Of a stretch of 64,000 nucleotides of DNA, positions 29,112 through 43,469 are shown one piece after another. A program made the position numbers and the translations under genes. The notes beneath the pieces are model-generated. The model had not been told where the DNA came from. It searched no databases and saw nothing but the letters and a program-made list of their open reading frames with translations. Source of the DNA: the human T2T-CHM13v2.0 reference genome, Homo sapiens; assembly GCF_009914755.1 (NCBI RefSeq), contig NC_060945.1. One strand, written 5' to 3'. Position 1 is the first letter of the stretch, and each line of letters opens with the position of its first letter.

Positions 29112-29819
29112 GTGAGTCATCAGCACTATGCAATTGCATATACCTGTCGTGTTTGGTCTACAGAGGCTAAACATCATGTAATAGTTTTTATGCATTTTGT
29201 TCATAGGTTACTGGGTGCTTTAAGGCAAAACTGAATGAGTTTCCAATAGTCCAAAACTACAAGAAATACAGACACAAAGTGCCTGGGGTTATCCTCAAAT
29301 GAAGTTAGATTTGAATTGCATTCAATAACCTTTTTTACAATGTGTAGATGCTCAAAGCAAATACAATAGTTTCTCTTTGCCTCTGTGACTTGAGTTCATA
29401 GTGTTGTGTTTAAATATAACTTTTGTAATGTCTACTTCACTGAAGAAACTTTTAAAAAAATTTGACTTATAATGGTTTTCTGTAACAACCTATGGTGCTT
29501 GGTTTGTAAAGTAAAACAGGAACTCAATTTAGTACCTACTGAATAATAACATTTTTTAACTGAGATTCCACTCATAAAGCACCTAAATGTTTAAAGTTAA
29601 AGCATATTATGTTGATATTAAATTTAAAAAGAACAAGTTAGAGAAGAAATAAAGAAAAAAAACTTCGGAGAATAAACTGCTTCCAAGTATACAAGCACTA
29701 AACAGGCTATACACTGGTATGCTCATTATAAATAAAAACATTCATTCATGTCATTTTATCTCATTACTACATATTTAAAATAATCTCTTATCATTATAGT
29801 AGGCCATCATTTTCCAAAT

Positions 29820-30397
29820 AGCATCAAGAATCCTTATTTTGAAATAGTAATCAGATCATGTAGTTCTCCTGATCAGATCTCTTCACACTCTAGAATAATA
29901 TGCATACCTTCATTTTAGCTTTTAGACTTTTTTCTGATCTAGCTCTAGATTATTGTTTGATCTCATTTTTACTATTCTTCTCATTGCTCATTCAATTCAA
30001 TTTCAAGCATAATGATTTTTTGCTCTTTTTGGAATACACTAGCTTTTTGATTTCATTAGAGCCTGTACACTTCCCTCTTCCTGAAATGTTCTTCCCCAAA
30101 TTTATGTATAGCTTATTCTCTCTTTGTTCAGGGCTCAGTGTAATTGTAGATTGTTCTCTACCTTGAATATGTCTTACCCCTCATTTGACTGGTTTTCCTT
30201 CATACCAATTATTTGTATTCTAAAATATTTTATATTTTTCCATTGACTTGTTCACTGAGTTCCTTCCTCTAAAATGTAGCTTCATGAGGGCAGATATTTT
30301 GTTAAAATTGTATGCTACTGTATCACTAGAACTGAGAACAATGCCTGAACAGAGTAGCTACTCATGACTCATTGGCTAAAACAAGTTAATGAATGAG
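29820..30397 (+). mobile_element. L2a 3' region
   Basis: aatgtagcttcatgagggcag...agaacaatgcctgaacagagtagctactca...aatgaatga. Confidence 0.7.
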
Positions 30398-30749
30398 AAC
30401 AGGCAGGTAGAAAGCCAGGAAGGAAAGGAGGCTATTATATTAAGTTGAATGAGGGATTAAATGAATATAAATCAGCTGAAAGTAGCATAGGTTATGCAAT
30501 ATGCTTAATAAAGTATGTTTGTCTATTTTCGTTATGTAATCCAAAACCTGGCCAACCACAAAACTGGCTTTTTACTCACTTTCTCTTTCTTCCCTGTTTA
30601 GTGCAGCATAAAATTAGTTATTGATTTTATCTCTTAACGCTCCGCCTCTATTAGTGAAAGGATCTTCTCTTATCATATTTCCAGTCCAAAGTTCAGTGGA
30701 AACTTTTTACACTCTTACAGTCTATTTGAAATCCTTATATCATAAACAT

Positions 30750-31970
30750 ACCAGCACTTATCACAGCACTATTCACAGTAGCAAAGATACTGAATCAACC
30801 TAAGTGTCCACCAATAGATGATTTGATAAAGAAAATGTGAGATGGTACCATCTCACTCCAGTTAGAATGGAGATCACTAAAAAGTCAGAAAACAACAGAT
30901 ACTGGAGAGAATGTGGAGCAATAGGCATGCTTTTACACTGTTGGTGGGAGTGTAAATTAGTTTAACCATTGTGGAAGACAGTGTGGCGATTCTTCAGGGA
31001 TCTAGAACTAGAAATACATTTTGACCCAGCAATCCCATTACTGGGTATATACCCAAAGGATTATAAATCATCCTACTCTGAAGACACATGCACACATATG
31101 TTTATCGCAGCACTGTTCACAATAGCAAAGACTTGGAACCAACCCAAATGCCCACCAATGATAGACTGGATAAAGAAAATGTGGCACATATACATCATGG
31201 AATACTATGCAGCCATAAAAAATGATGAGTTCATGTCCTTTGCAGGGACATGAATGAAATTGGCAAACATCATTCTCAGCAAGCTAACACAAGAACAGAA
31301 AACCAAACACTGCATGCTCTCACTCATAAGTGGGAGTTGAACAATGAGAATACATGGACACAAGGAGGGGAACATCACACTCCACAGCCTGTCAGAGGGT
31401 GAGGGGCTAGGGGAGGGATAGCATTTAGAGAAAGACTTAATGTAGATGACAGGTTGATGAGTGCAGCAAACCACTATGGCACGTGTATACCTACATAACA
31501 AACCTGCAAGTTCTGCACATGTACCCCAGAACTTAAAGTATAATAAAAAAGATTTCCACCTAAAGATAAGAAAATATGATGATATACACAATGGAATACA
31601 ATTCAGCCTTTAAAAATAATATACTTATGAAACATGTATTTTGGAGCAGTTTGGATGGAACTGGAGGACATTATCTTAGATGAAAGTCAGACACAGAAAG
31701 ACAGATACTGCGTGTTCTCATTTATAAATGGGAGGTAATTAATATGTTCACATGGACATAGAGTGTGCAATGATAGAGACTTGGACATGAAGACTTGGAA
31801 GAGTTGGGGGAGAGTGAGAGGGGAGTAAATGATAAGAAATTACTTAATGAGTACAAGGTATGCTTTTCAGGTGATGAATATGCTGAACATCCTGACTTCA
31901 CTATGCAACATATGGATGTAACAAAATTACAGTTGCACTCCATAAATTTATAGAAATAAAATAAAATAAA
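30750..31970 (+). mobile_element. L1MA-type 3' end interrupted by a younger L1PA
   Basis: the L1MA sequence breaks at aagaaaatgtga (30840), resumes at aagaaaatatga (31568) and ends in an aataa-rich tail. Confidence 0.8.
30841..31550 (+). mobile_element. L1PA (about PA6-8) 3' end, 5'-truncated, with a dead ORF2 C-terminal remnant
   Basis: ORF 30969-31253 reads WKTVWRFFRDLELEIHFDPAIPLLGIYPKDYKS...NDEFMSFAGT, the L1 ORF2p C-terminus with a premature stop; 3'UTR ends acttaaagtataataaaaaa. Confidence 0.95.
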
Positions 31971-33638
31971 TTACATTTTAATAGAGACACTATCAGAGAA
32001 ATACACCAAAATGACTGGACTGAACTGGAAATGGAAAAGGTAGAAATCTCATTTTCTCTTCAGAGACTATTGCAAATTTGTATGTATGTAATACACTAAT
32101 CACATCAGATGCCAGTTTTAAGTACATATTTTCCTCCACTGTGTAGATTTGTTTCAATAAGGAAACATTTCAGAACATACATAATCAATACAAAGCCATT
32201 CTCAGTAATTTATTTTCATTCCATGCCATGTTACTTAGGTTTACATTTACTACCTTAGAAAACATTATGTACAAAAACTTTTCTTTCTTATAGTGAATTA
32301 AATCTCCAACTGCTTTTGTTTCTATTTTAAGAAAGTAAATATTATGACATAAATGTTTGCAATGTTTTTGTTTAAATAAAGTATTTCTAGATTTCTCTTA
32401 ATTCATAGTTACGTTGGTTTCTTTATTGATGTTCAAACACAGACTTTTAAAAATTCATATTTTTTTAAAATGTGTGACTATTTACTTTCTAGTTCAATTT
32501 AAAAAGCATTTACCATAAAAATGGCAGTATCTTTTTGTACAGATGCTACCTCTGAATCAAAGCCTTTCAGCAACTGGCAACAGGAAGCTCTAATGCACTT
32601 TATCCCTAATAGTTATAAAATATGCAATCATCTGAAATCACATATTGATTTCATATTGATTTCCACTTCTTTTCTAACTACGGTTATACGTAAATATTTC
32701 ACTTTCAAAAATAGATCTTTGCCTTTTTATTTAGTTTTTTTTTCCTTGGCTTAGAAATAGTTTTTATGAAATATTCAAATATAAAAATAGTCTGTAAAAG
32801 CAAAGTATGGTTCTTTTTCAGCCAAAACACTTTCCCCTAAGCATTTCATTAGTTATATAAGTGATAAATGTTTTTCTGAATGGGAATTTACCTAAAGTGT
32901 TTCAAAATTAGGTGACCATTTGTGCTTTCCAAACCATACAGAACTTTATATTTATTCCTGGGTAAATCACCCATTTCCTTGTTCATCAAGATCAGGTGAA
33001 ATGATATCCATATGAGATAATTAATTCCTCTGCTATCTATTTTATTATACTTAGTTATCCATTGAAAATAAATATCTACTATAACAAGTAAAATATATAA
33101 TAGTGTAGAAGACAACAAGAGTATGTGTTTGCAGTATGTGTAATAGAGTTAAATATATCTAAATATAGTATGTCTGTATTAAGGCAATGAACATCAATTT
33201 TAGCTAATCACCCTCATTAAAGCAAAGGGCACTACCATATGTGACATAGTTATCATTGACAGTCTGATAAATCTTGTAGCTGAGGTAACGGACAGGGAAG
33301 AGTTTGTGATAGTGAAATTTGTAGAACTAAGATCAAATTACCAAATACGTAGGCATTATTAAACAAATTCTCACCAATTACTTCAAAAATATTGTAACTT
33401 CTATTTAATATTTCTTGTTTTTAATCTTAAAAACTCTAAATTGAGTAGAATTTGAAATAGCAGTAAATTTCAGGTTAATGGAAATAAAATCACACTTGTT
33501 ATTATTGTTCAATTTTTTTTATTAAGTCTGAAGAAATATTTAATTGAATATGACATCTAAGAATGATGGACAAAAGCTTTTTTTCTTTCCACTCCTTTTT
33601 CTGAAAGCTTTGATACAAAAATCATTTGACACAAATGA

Positions 33639-33896
33639 TTTTTTTGTGTGTGACAGGATCTTACTATGTTGCCCAGGCTGAAGTGCAGTGTGCTCATGCA
33701 ATCCTCCCATCTCAGCCTCCTGAGTAGCTGGGACTACAGGCACATGCCGCCATGCCCAGCTAATTTTTGTATCTTTAGTAGAAACAAGATTTTGCCACAT
33801 TGCCCAGGCTGGTCTCCAACTCGTGGGCTGAAGTGATCTGCCCACCTTGGCCTCCCAGTGTTCTGGGATTACAGGAGTGAGCCACTGTACCCGGCT
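33639..33896 (-). mobile_element. AluJ with internal deletion
   Basis: TSD-like gacacaaatgattt / gatgcaaatgattt; about 40 bp missing from the right arm. Confidence 0.9.
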
Positions 33897-34384
33897 GATG
33901 CAAATGATTTCTATTATTAATATCTTGCAGTTATTCTTCCATCAGATAACCATCAATGTCAAAATAAAGATTATTAATTACTGAAGGACTGAAAAATCAA
34001 AAATCAACTTCATGAGATGCTTTACAAACAAGTGATCTCTTTTAATATTTGACTCAGTAAAATTTTTTAAGAAAAGTTAAGTTTGTGTTTTTATTTGTGT
34101 ATACTCTCTAGTGCTTAAATGTATCAGGATAGAACTTTTCTAAACTAGGTCAGTCTTTTTTCTATATCTATGGTTGAATACTTCAGTTAAATAAAGCAAT
34201 GGTAGATAGCAAACTATGTTATAATTGGCATTTTGGGCACTTGCTGCAATTAATTGCCAAAAAAAGCATATCTCACCACAATTGATCTCTCATTTTTCCA
34301 CTCTCATTTATTTCCCTTCACTTTCTTCTTGGCTTCTGCAAAAGCATTTGTTTTTCCTTTTTCTTTCTTCTTTAAAAAAATATA

Positions 34385-34895
34385 TTTGAAGAGATTTACT
34401 CTAAGCCAAATATGAGTCACCATGGCCAGTGACACAGCATTCAGGAGGTCCTGAGAACATGTGCCCAAGGTGGTTGGGAGGCAGCTTGCTTTTATACATT
34501 TTAGAGAGGCATGAGACATCAATTAACTACACTTGAGAAATACATCAGTTTGATCCAGAAAGGTGGGACAACTCAAAGCAGAGGGAGTGGGGGTGGGAGG
34601 GGTTGGGGGTGGCAGGGGGGTTGGGGGATGGGAGGGTATTGGGGTTTGGGGGTTGGTTCCAGGCTATAGGTGAATTTAAACATTTTCTGGTTGATAATTG
34701 GTTGAGTTTGTTTCAAGACCTGGGATTGATAGAAAGGGAATGTTCAGGTTAAGATAAAAGATTGTGGAGACCAAGGTTCTTTTGAAGTCATAACAGTGGC
34801 TGCCGTTAGAGACAATAAATGACAAGTGTTTCCTATTCAGATCTTTAAAAGGTACTAGACTTTTAGTTAATCTCTTTAGGACTGGGAGGGCCGTT
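34385..34895 (-). mobile_element. MER4-family ERV1 LTR (partial)
   Basis: tcaggaggtcctgagaacatgtgcccaaggtggttggg...ttttatacattttagagaggcatgagacatcaat. Confidence 0.8.
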
Positions 34896-35476
34896 TTTAC
34901 ATATTATAATTTATCTCCTTCATGTCTGTAACGAAGATAGGAATCGCTATAAAGTGTCTTCCCAGTTTCTGCCTAACCACATCCCTGGATTTCCTGGCCC
35001 CTGGCTTGGCATATGTTTGGGGTTAGCCTTCTCCCACTGCTAATTTGTATGCCATAAGATGGTTGTTTTGTTCCTCAGTACATTTATGTCAGATATAATT
35101 GTTACTGTAGTAAACAACTATTGTGTAAAACAATGATAAGTGAGTGTGAAAGTAAAAAAACAAATCAGAAAATGAAGCAGAATGTAAATAATTGATAAAG
35201 ACAAGTTCTGAAAAAATGTCAAATTGGATTTAGGAGTCAGACACCTGTAAGAGGTTTATTTGAGGGGCTAAGCGTGCTGGTATTTACACACATATTACTT
35301 CTTGTGTCTCTTCAATTTATTGGTTCATTTCAAAAAACCAAAGCTAAAAATCATAAAATATTCATTATGTAAAAAAAAGAATGTTCAATGAATCCATACA
35401 TACATACCGAAGACCTTTGTCAGATAGTTGACAAGTATATTTGCATATATGTTTTCCAAGGTAAAAGAAAATTTGT

Positions 35477-35795
35477 GGCTGGGCACGGCAACTCATGCCT
35501 GCAATCCCAGCATTTCAGGAGGCCAAGGCCGGTGGATCAGCTGAAGTCAGGCATCCAAGACCAGCCTGGCCAACACGGTGAAACCCCATCTCTACTAAAA
35601 ATACAAAAAAATAGCTGGGCGTGGTGGCTGGCACCTGTAATCCCAGCTACTTGGGAGGCCGAAGCAAGAGAATTGCTTGAACCCGGGAGGCAGAGTTTGC
35701 AGTAAGCTGAGATCAAGCCACTGCACTACAGCCTGGGCAACAAGAGTGAAACTCTGTCTCAAAAAAAAAAAAAAAAAAAAGAAAAAGAAAAAGAA
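35477..35795 (+). mobile_element. AluS (Sq/Sp-like)
   Basis: gggcaacaagagtgaaactc diagnostic; TSD aaaaga(a/c)aatttgt. Confidence 0.95.
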
Positions 35796-36964
35796 AAAAG
35801 ACAATTTGTAGGATATGGATAAGTAATTCATTTTAGAAGAATTTTTTTTTGTAGAATGATTTGTGCTAAAGCAATACATCTCTTTCTATCATATACTGAT
35901 ATCTTGAAAATTTTATAACGTTTCTTGTCACTTTCAGTATTTTAAAAATAGGATTGATTCTAAGTTTTGAGTTTATGGTGCATTTGAATATTAGAGATAT
36001 TATCTCATACATTTCAAAGTTTTGCTGCATTCTAAACTCAGTCCTGCCTTAGCCTTAGTAATGGCAATGAAGTGCGGGGATAGAATGTTCACTATTTTTT
36101 TATGTGCTGTTAAAATTTCATACCTCCTGTTCTATCTTGAAGTCTTACAGTTTTGGAATGGTGAGTGGGGGAAACAAGCATAAAACTATTACATAATTCA
36201 TGTAGTTTTCACTGGGCAACAGTATCTATCCTCTGAATGGTGAAATGGCTACTTTTCATTTATTTATTTTTTTCTTTCCTGGGGTAAAACGCTTGAAAAC
36301 TGCACCACTGGGAAATTGCAGCTATAGTCCATGTTTCAACATAGTCCATGCTTCTTTGAGTTGGCCACTTAATGTTTACTCTCATCTCCTTAGGTTTAGC
36401 AGTAAAGACCAGTAAGATTTCTTCTGTTAGGATCATCTAGCCATTCCAAACATTTCTCTTAGATTTGATTCTTTCAAGACAAATCAACCCAATAAAAAGC
36501 TCATAAATAACGGTGATCTAGCTACCACATTTGATGTTCTCATCTGACCAAACCAAATTTTATGTATACATTCAATTCTCAATCCAACCTAGTCTGTTTG
36601 CCTAAACCATTCCAGACAAACTTCCACTTCGAAGGTTTTAAATGCATAAGTCAGATAGCAATCCTTCAGTTGCCCCAGAGGCACATCACGTTCTTTGAAT
36701 GCTTCATTATAGTCCTCTTCATTTAGCAATCAGTGAGGCAATACACTGGCATCATGATCCCTTTTTTTAGGAACTCTGTACAAAATTCCCTTTGAAAATA
36801 TAAATTTTGGAAATGAGTGATGAGCAAAGGGGTTTCATTAACATTATCACAATCTCTTGATATATCTGCTTGATAATGTAGCACCTATTATTTGGGGCCA
36901 TTAGGACCTTGGCTGAAATTCTGGTAAATGTAAAGAAACCACATTTAACATCCAGTTAATTTAA

Positions 36965-37277
36965 TTTTTGTTTGTTTGTTTGTTTTGTTTTTGTTTTTGT
37001 TTTTGAGACGTTGTCTTACTATGTCACCCAGGCTAGAGTGCAGTGGTGTGATCTCGACTCACTGCAACCTCCACCTCCACCTTCTGGGTTCAAGCAATTA
37101 TCTTCCTCAGCCTGGGATTACAGGAACCCACCACCATGCCCACCTAATTTTGTATTTTTAGTAAAGACGGGGTTTCACTATCTTGGTCAGGCTAGTCTTG
37201 AAGGCCTGACCTCGTGATCCACCTGCCTCGACCTCCCAAAGTGCTGGAATTACAGGCATGAGCCACCTTGCCTGGCC
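36965..37277 (-). mobile_element. AluS
   Basis: (TTTG/TTTTTG)n tail plus a full Alu body. Confidence 0.93.
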
Positions 37278-37729
37278 TCAATATTGTTTTTAATAATTTC
37301 TGCTTTACTTGCAGTTAATCCTATCAGGCCTTCTACCATACCCAGTTGTGTCAGCAAGATCTGTACAATGATAAGTAACACATGGCTCCCAGGGCTAAAC
37401 ATATTCCTAACACTTATATAAACACTTTTTCAGAAATTTGACAATATTTTATAATTAAACAATATCTTATTTTACAAGAAAAGATATGGTATCACAATAC
37501 TCTGAGCAAAGAGTTAATTTGCTTCTCAAATTTCCTAGATAATGAAGTAGTCCTAAAATATTTAACTCAGTATTGGTAATAGTTTCAATTTGAGGAAGTG
37601 TTCTGAATAGCCTTTTTAATGCTGATGTCATAAGATTGTGTTACAAACACACTTTCATTTAAAGACACTTTATTTTTAATTTTGTTCTAAAAACTAAAAT
37701 TATATATAAATACACATGCATCCTAAACT

Positions 37730-37812
37730 ATATATGTATAATATACATATATGTATATATATACACACAGAGAGAGAGAGAGAGAGAAGGAGAGAGAAAC
37801 AGAGACAAAGAG
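37730..37812. repeat. (TA)n(CA)n(GA)n compound microsatellite
   Basis: visible runs. Confidence 0.85.
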
Positions 37813-39044
37813 AGCCATAAATCCTGAATTTGTTGTTGTCAGTGGTGTTTGATAGCATCACTTTTTAACTCAATAGGATGTATCTGCACAAAGCTAAAAT
37901 TAATTTATTTTTGCCATACAAGGCAAGTGTATCTTGTTGATGTCTATAGAGAAAATAAATCACCCTCTAAAGAACGGTTTATAAATAAATAATTGATATC
38001 TGAAAATTCAGAAAAAAATACCACTATCATTTTACTTACCATATTGCATTGAAATTATATGTTTATGCTTCTCTTGCTTCTACCTCTCTGTGAATTCAAG
38101 GTTAGAAAAGGAGAAATTTTTATCTTAGCATTCCCAGGACCAATCACAATATCTAATACTTACAGCATGCAATAAATGTTGGTTGAACTAAAATAAATCT
38201 GATATAAAAACAAATAATGCTTTAGGGAAGTGATTTTTCATTTGAGATTATTTTCTCAGAAAAATTAACATGACCAGGTTGTCATCCTATGCAAACATTA
38301 GTATGCCTTATTGATTTTTCACTAAGTTATATAGCTTATATTATAAGACTTTTTTATGGGTGTCTCTACCTATAGATTCCAGGCACTAACAAACGTGTAG
38401 AAACTCATAAATTTAATGCATTTTATCAAGTTGATTAATATAGCATGAACATTTTTCAACTGGCTTCACAAATCATTTATTGTTAAATGTTATTCTTATA
38501 CCTGTATTAGAGAGAAAAAAGCCAGAGGTGGCAAGGTGATATACAGATCAACTGGAAATCCACAAGTTTTGGTTTGGAACTCTTTGGAAAATTGAATAAA
38601 GAGTCACACCTTGCTCAAAACTGAATCAGTAAAAGTGATGTACATATCAATAAACAAACTAATAAAAAAGCATTAAAAATATAGTCAGCATATATTTTTC
38701 TGGAATATAAAATTGAGGAACTAGAATAATTCAACTTGAATAAGTGTAACTAATTCATTTTCTGCAAAATATTACCCAGAGATTGAGTATTTTTCTATTT
38801 ATTCTATTGGAAAAAAATGATATACCACTGTACTGGAAATATTCAGAAAAGTTTGTCTATTTTTTAAAATTGTACTTATTATACCTTTATAACCGTGAGA
38901 TAATATATTTATTATTTGAATGAGAATAAATGTTTATGATTTATACAAACATGCCTGACACAGACTACTATGCCCACAAAAGTTGAATGGTTGTTTTTAG
39001 CTTATATATACCTATACGGGTTAATAGATATATCTTTACTTCTT

Positions 39045-39338
39045 TTTTCTTTTTTTTTGAGACAGAGTCTCACTCTGCAGCCCAGGTTGGAGTGCAGTGA
39101 CATGATCTCGGCTCACTGCAACTCCGCCTCCCATGTTCACGCTATCCTCCTACCTCAGCCTCCTGAATAGCTGGGACTACAGGTGCCCGCCACCACGCCC
39201 GTCTTATTTTTTGTATTTTTAGTAGCGATGGGGTTTCACCGTGTTAGCCAGGATGGTCTCAATCTCCTGACATTGTGATCTGCCTGCCTCAGCCTCCCAA
39301 AGTGCTGGGATTATAGGCGCGAGCCACCGCACCCGGCC
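39045..39338 (-). mobile_element. AluY
   Basis: Y diagnostics (gttcacgc, caccgtgttagccaggatgg); perfect 17-bp TSD atatatctttacttctt at 39028-44 and 39340-56. Confidence 0.95.
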
Positions 39339-39602
39339 AATATATCTTTACTTCTTATAAGAAATGAGTAACTTTATTAATTCTACCAACAGATAACATT
39401 CTTCCTCTCAGAGAGTAATATGCAATCATTTCCTAACCTTATTTTATTGCGCTATATTTTAAATATAATAAACGTGTCAAAAATGTGGTTTCGTACTTTT
39501 TATAAATTGATATATTTACCTAATTACACTAAATCTAGAAAATACTATTGTGCTTATTCAAACTTCTCTTCTCTTCTTCAGAGGCAAACCTGTATAACTT
39601 CT

Positions 39603-39739
39603 TTGGTTTGTTTGTTTTAAGACGTAGTCTTACTCTGTTACCCAGGCTAGAGTGCAGTGGTACAATGTGAGGTCACTGCAACCTCCGCCTCCCGGGTTCA
39701 AGCGATTCTCCGGCTTCAGCATCCCAAATAACTCGGATT
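39603..39739 (-). mobile_element. 5'-truncated Alu (right-arm 3' part)
   Basis: flanked by the degenerate TSD aaacctgtataacttct / aaacccttataatttct. Confidence 0.85.
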
Positions 39740-40160
39740 AAACCCTTATAATTTCTATCATGATTGATTAATTTTGTTCATCTTCAAATTCCAATAATTA
39801 GAATTCCTACAGGATGTGTGTGTGAGTGTGTATCTGGTTTATTTTCTTTAGCATAAATAAATATTTGAGATTTAGCCAAATATTTGTGTGTATCATTTGT
39901 TTATTTTTCCTCATATTTCTGAGTTGCCTATGTATTTGTCAGAGTTTGCTTATTCATTAGTCTGTTAGTGAATATTCAGATTGCTTTCAGAATTAGCTTT
40001 TACAAATAAAGGACTTAGGTGCATTCTCAAACAGGTTTTTGTGTAAATATATGCTTTTATTTTTGTTGGATAAATTTCTAGAATTGAAATTGCTGTGCTA
40101 TAGGGTAGATATATGTTGGCCTTATTTAGAAGCGAATTATTTTTCAAAGCGGTTGTTCCG

Positions 40161-40161
<1 letters not shown>

Positions 40162-40198
<37 letters not shown>

Positions 40199-40485
40199 AG
40201 ACAGTCTCGCGCTGTCGCCCGGGCTGGAGTGCACTGGCGTGATCTGGGCTCACCGCAAGCTCCACTTCTCAGGTTCACGCCATTCTCCTGCCTCAGCTTC
40301 CTGATTAGTTGGGACTACAGGCGCCCGCCACCACACCCGTCTAATTTTTTTTTTTTTTTGTATTTTTAGTAGAGACGGGGTTTCACCATGTTAGCCAGGA
40401 TAGGCTCGATCTCATGACCCCGTGATCCACCCGCCTCGGCCCCCCAAAGTGCTGTGATTACAGGCATGAGCCACCGCGCCCAGCC
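40162..40485 (-). mobile_element. AluY with about 35-nt tail
   Basis: gcaagctcc, gttcacgccattctcc; TSD core ggttgttc. Confidence 0.95.
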
Positions 40486-41405
40486 GGTTGTTCTATTTTA
40501 CACTCTCACAAGAAATAGACATGACTTCTAGTTTCCCCACATATTTGCCAATATTAGTATTATCATTTTAAATGGTAGTCTTTCCAGTTTCAATGCATTT
40601 TGGTTGCATTTCCCCTTATCTAATAATATTGAGCATCTTTTCACATTCCTATAAGCCACTTGTATCTCTTGTTTTGTGAAATACCTGTTCAAGATTCTTA
40701 TAACTATTTAGTGGATCTCAGGAGTACTCTGTGCGTTTTGAACACGCAATTTTTTTCTCATACATATATGGAATAATTTATCACAGTCTATGGCTTAAAA
40801 TTATATTTTCTTACATTTTGCAGTTTTATTAGGATACATTTTTAATTAATATCTACAATTTATCAATTTTTAATCTTATGATAGTGCTTTCTCTGTTCAG
40901 AAATATTTTTCCTATTATAATAGCTCACAGATATTGTTTAATTTTTTTCTTTTAAAAGCTTTCTGAATTTTGCTTTTTCATTTTTATGCCTACATTAAAA
41001 ATATCGGATTAGTTTTGTGTATACAAAGGACTGATGCATGTATTTTTTTAATATGAGAATGCATTTATTTCAAAAGCCTTTGTTAAAGACTTACTTTCCC
41101 CACTGAATTATCTACATGCCCTTATAAACATTTAATTTACTGCATAGGTGGAGGTCTAATTTTGAACCCATCTTTATCCTTATTATTTTTGTGTTATGAT
41201 GCTTTGATACTGCAGCTTTCTTAGATGTCTGAAAATTGGCTCTATTTTTTTCTCAAAATTCTAGGTCCTATGAATTTTCTAAACAAATTTTGGAAACAGC
41301 TTGTGAATTTCTCTCAAAATGTTTGCCACAATTTACTATAGAGTTGTAGTAAATAGATATAGAATTCATTGTAGTCAATAAATTACAAACTATAGATTGC
41401 ATTGA

Positions 41406-41709
<304 letters not shown>

Positions 41710-42164
41710 CCTACTGCATTGATTCTAAAGATTAACTTCCAGAGAATTCACATCAAACAATGTTGCATCTTCAAATCTATGAATATGGTAGTTCTTTACA
41801 TTTATTTAGGTCTTCTGTAATGTTTCTCTACAAGAAATTTTAAAAAGTTTTAGAGTGAAAGATTTTTAAAGGTTTCACTTAAATTATTCTTAACTATTTT
41901 TATACCATTAAAATTTTACTTTTAAATGTATTCTCAATTGTTTATTTCTAGTATTTAGAAATTCCATTAATTTTACATATTGTATTTTATGTATTGACCT
42001 TGCATTCTACACATTCTGCACCATTATTGAATTTGATTCTTATTATTCACAGCTTTTTAAATAAATGTATTAGGATTTTCTTCATACACAATATACATAC
42101 ATAAGTTCTGTGAATAAAAATATTTTTTCTTTTCACTTTTCAATTTTTATGCTTTTCATTTCTT

Positions 42165-43469
42165 GACCCCATGCAAATCTGAAATCCAGAGGGGCAGCCA
42201 AATCTTAAAGCTCCAAAATGATCTCCTTTGACTCCATGTCTCACATCCTGATCATGCAGATGCAAGAGGTGGGTTCCCATGGTATTGGGCAGCTCTGCCC
42301 CTGTGGCTTTGCGGGATATAGCCTGCCTTCTGGCTGCTTTTGTGGGCTGGTGTTGAGTGTCTGTGGCTTTCCCAGGCACATGGTGTTGTTGGTGGATCTA
42401 ACATTCTGAGGTCTGGAGGATGGTGGCCCTCTTCCCACAGGTCCACCAGGCGGTGGTGCCCCAGTAGGGACTCTGTGTGGGGGCTCCCACCCAACATTTC
42501 CCTTCCTCACTGCCCTAGCAGAGGTTGTCAATGAGGGCCCCATCCCTGCAGCAAACTTTTGCATGGGCATCCAGGTGTTTCCATATATCTTCTGAAATCT
42601 AAGCAGATGTTCCCAAACCTCAATTCTTGATTTCTGTGCATCCACAGGCTCAACACCACATGGAAGCTGCCAAGGCTTGGGGCTTCCACCCTATGAAGCA
42701 ACAGCTCAAGCTGTACTTTGGTCCCTTTTAGTCACAGCTGGAGTGGCTGGGATGCAGGGCACCAACACCCTACACTGCACACAGCATGGGGACCCTGGGC
42801 CCAGCAAAACCATTTTCCTCTAGGCCTCTGAGACTGTGATGGGAAGGGCTGCTGTGAAGACTTCTAACATGCCCAGGAGACATTTTCACCATTGTCTTGG
42901 GGATTGACATTCAGTTCCTTGTTACTTATGCAAATTTCTGCAGCCAGCTTAAATTTCTCCTCAGAAAATGGGTTTTTCTCTTCTATCACATTGTCAGGCT
43001 GCAAATTTTCTGAACTTTTATGCTCTGCTTGCCTTATAAACTGAAACTGAATGCCTTTAAAAGCACCCAAGTCACTTCTTCAATGCTTTGCTGTTTAGAA
43101 ATTTCTTCTGTCAGATACCCTAATTCATCTGTCAAGTTCTAAGTTTCACTAATCTTTAGGGCATGGGCAAAATGCTGTCAGTCTCTTTGCTAAAACATAA
43201 CAAGAGTCAACTTTGCTCTAGTTTCTAACAAGTTCCTCAACTCCATCTGAGACCACATCAGCCTGGATCTCATTGTTCACATCATTATCAGCGTTTTGGT
43301 CAAAGCCATTCAAAACGTCTCTAGGAAGTTCCAAACTTTCCTGCATTTTCCTGTCTTCTGCTGAGCCCTTCAAACTGTTCCAACCCCCGCCTGTTACGCA
43401 GTTCCAAAATTGCTTCCACATTTTCAGGTATCTTTTCAGCAGCATCCCACTCTACTGATACCAGTTTAC
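42165..43469 (-). mobile_element. THE1 internal sequence (MaLR), 3'-truncated
   Basis: aaatcttaaagctccaaaatgatctcctttgactccatgtctcacatcc...; ORF remnant ..ESLELPRDVLNGFDQNADND.. typical of MaLR internal sequence. Confidence 0.92.

Noticed and set aside
42140-43458. Cluster of overlapping ORFs
   Set aside because: Fragmented THE1 internal sequence; no intact retroviral gene.
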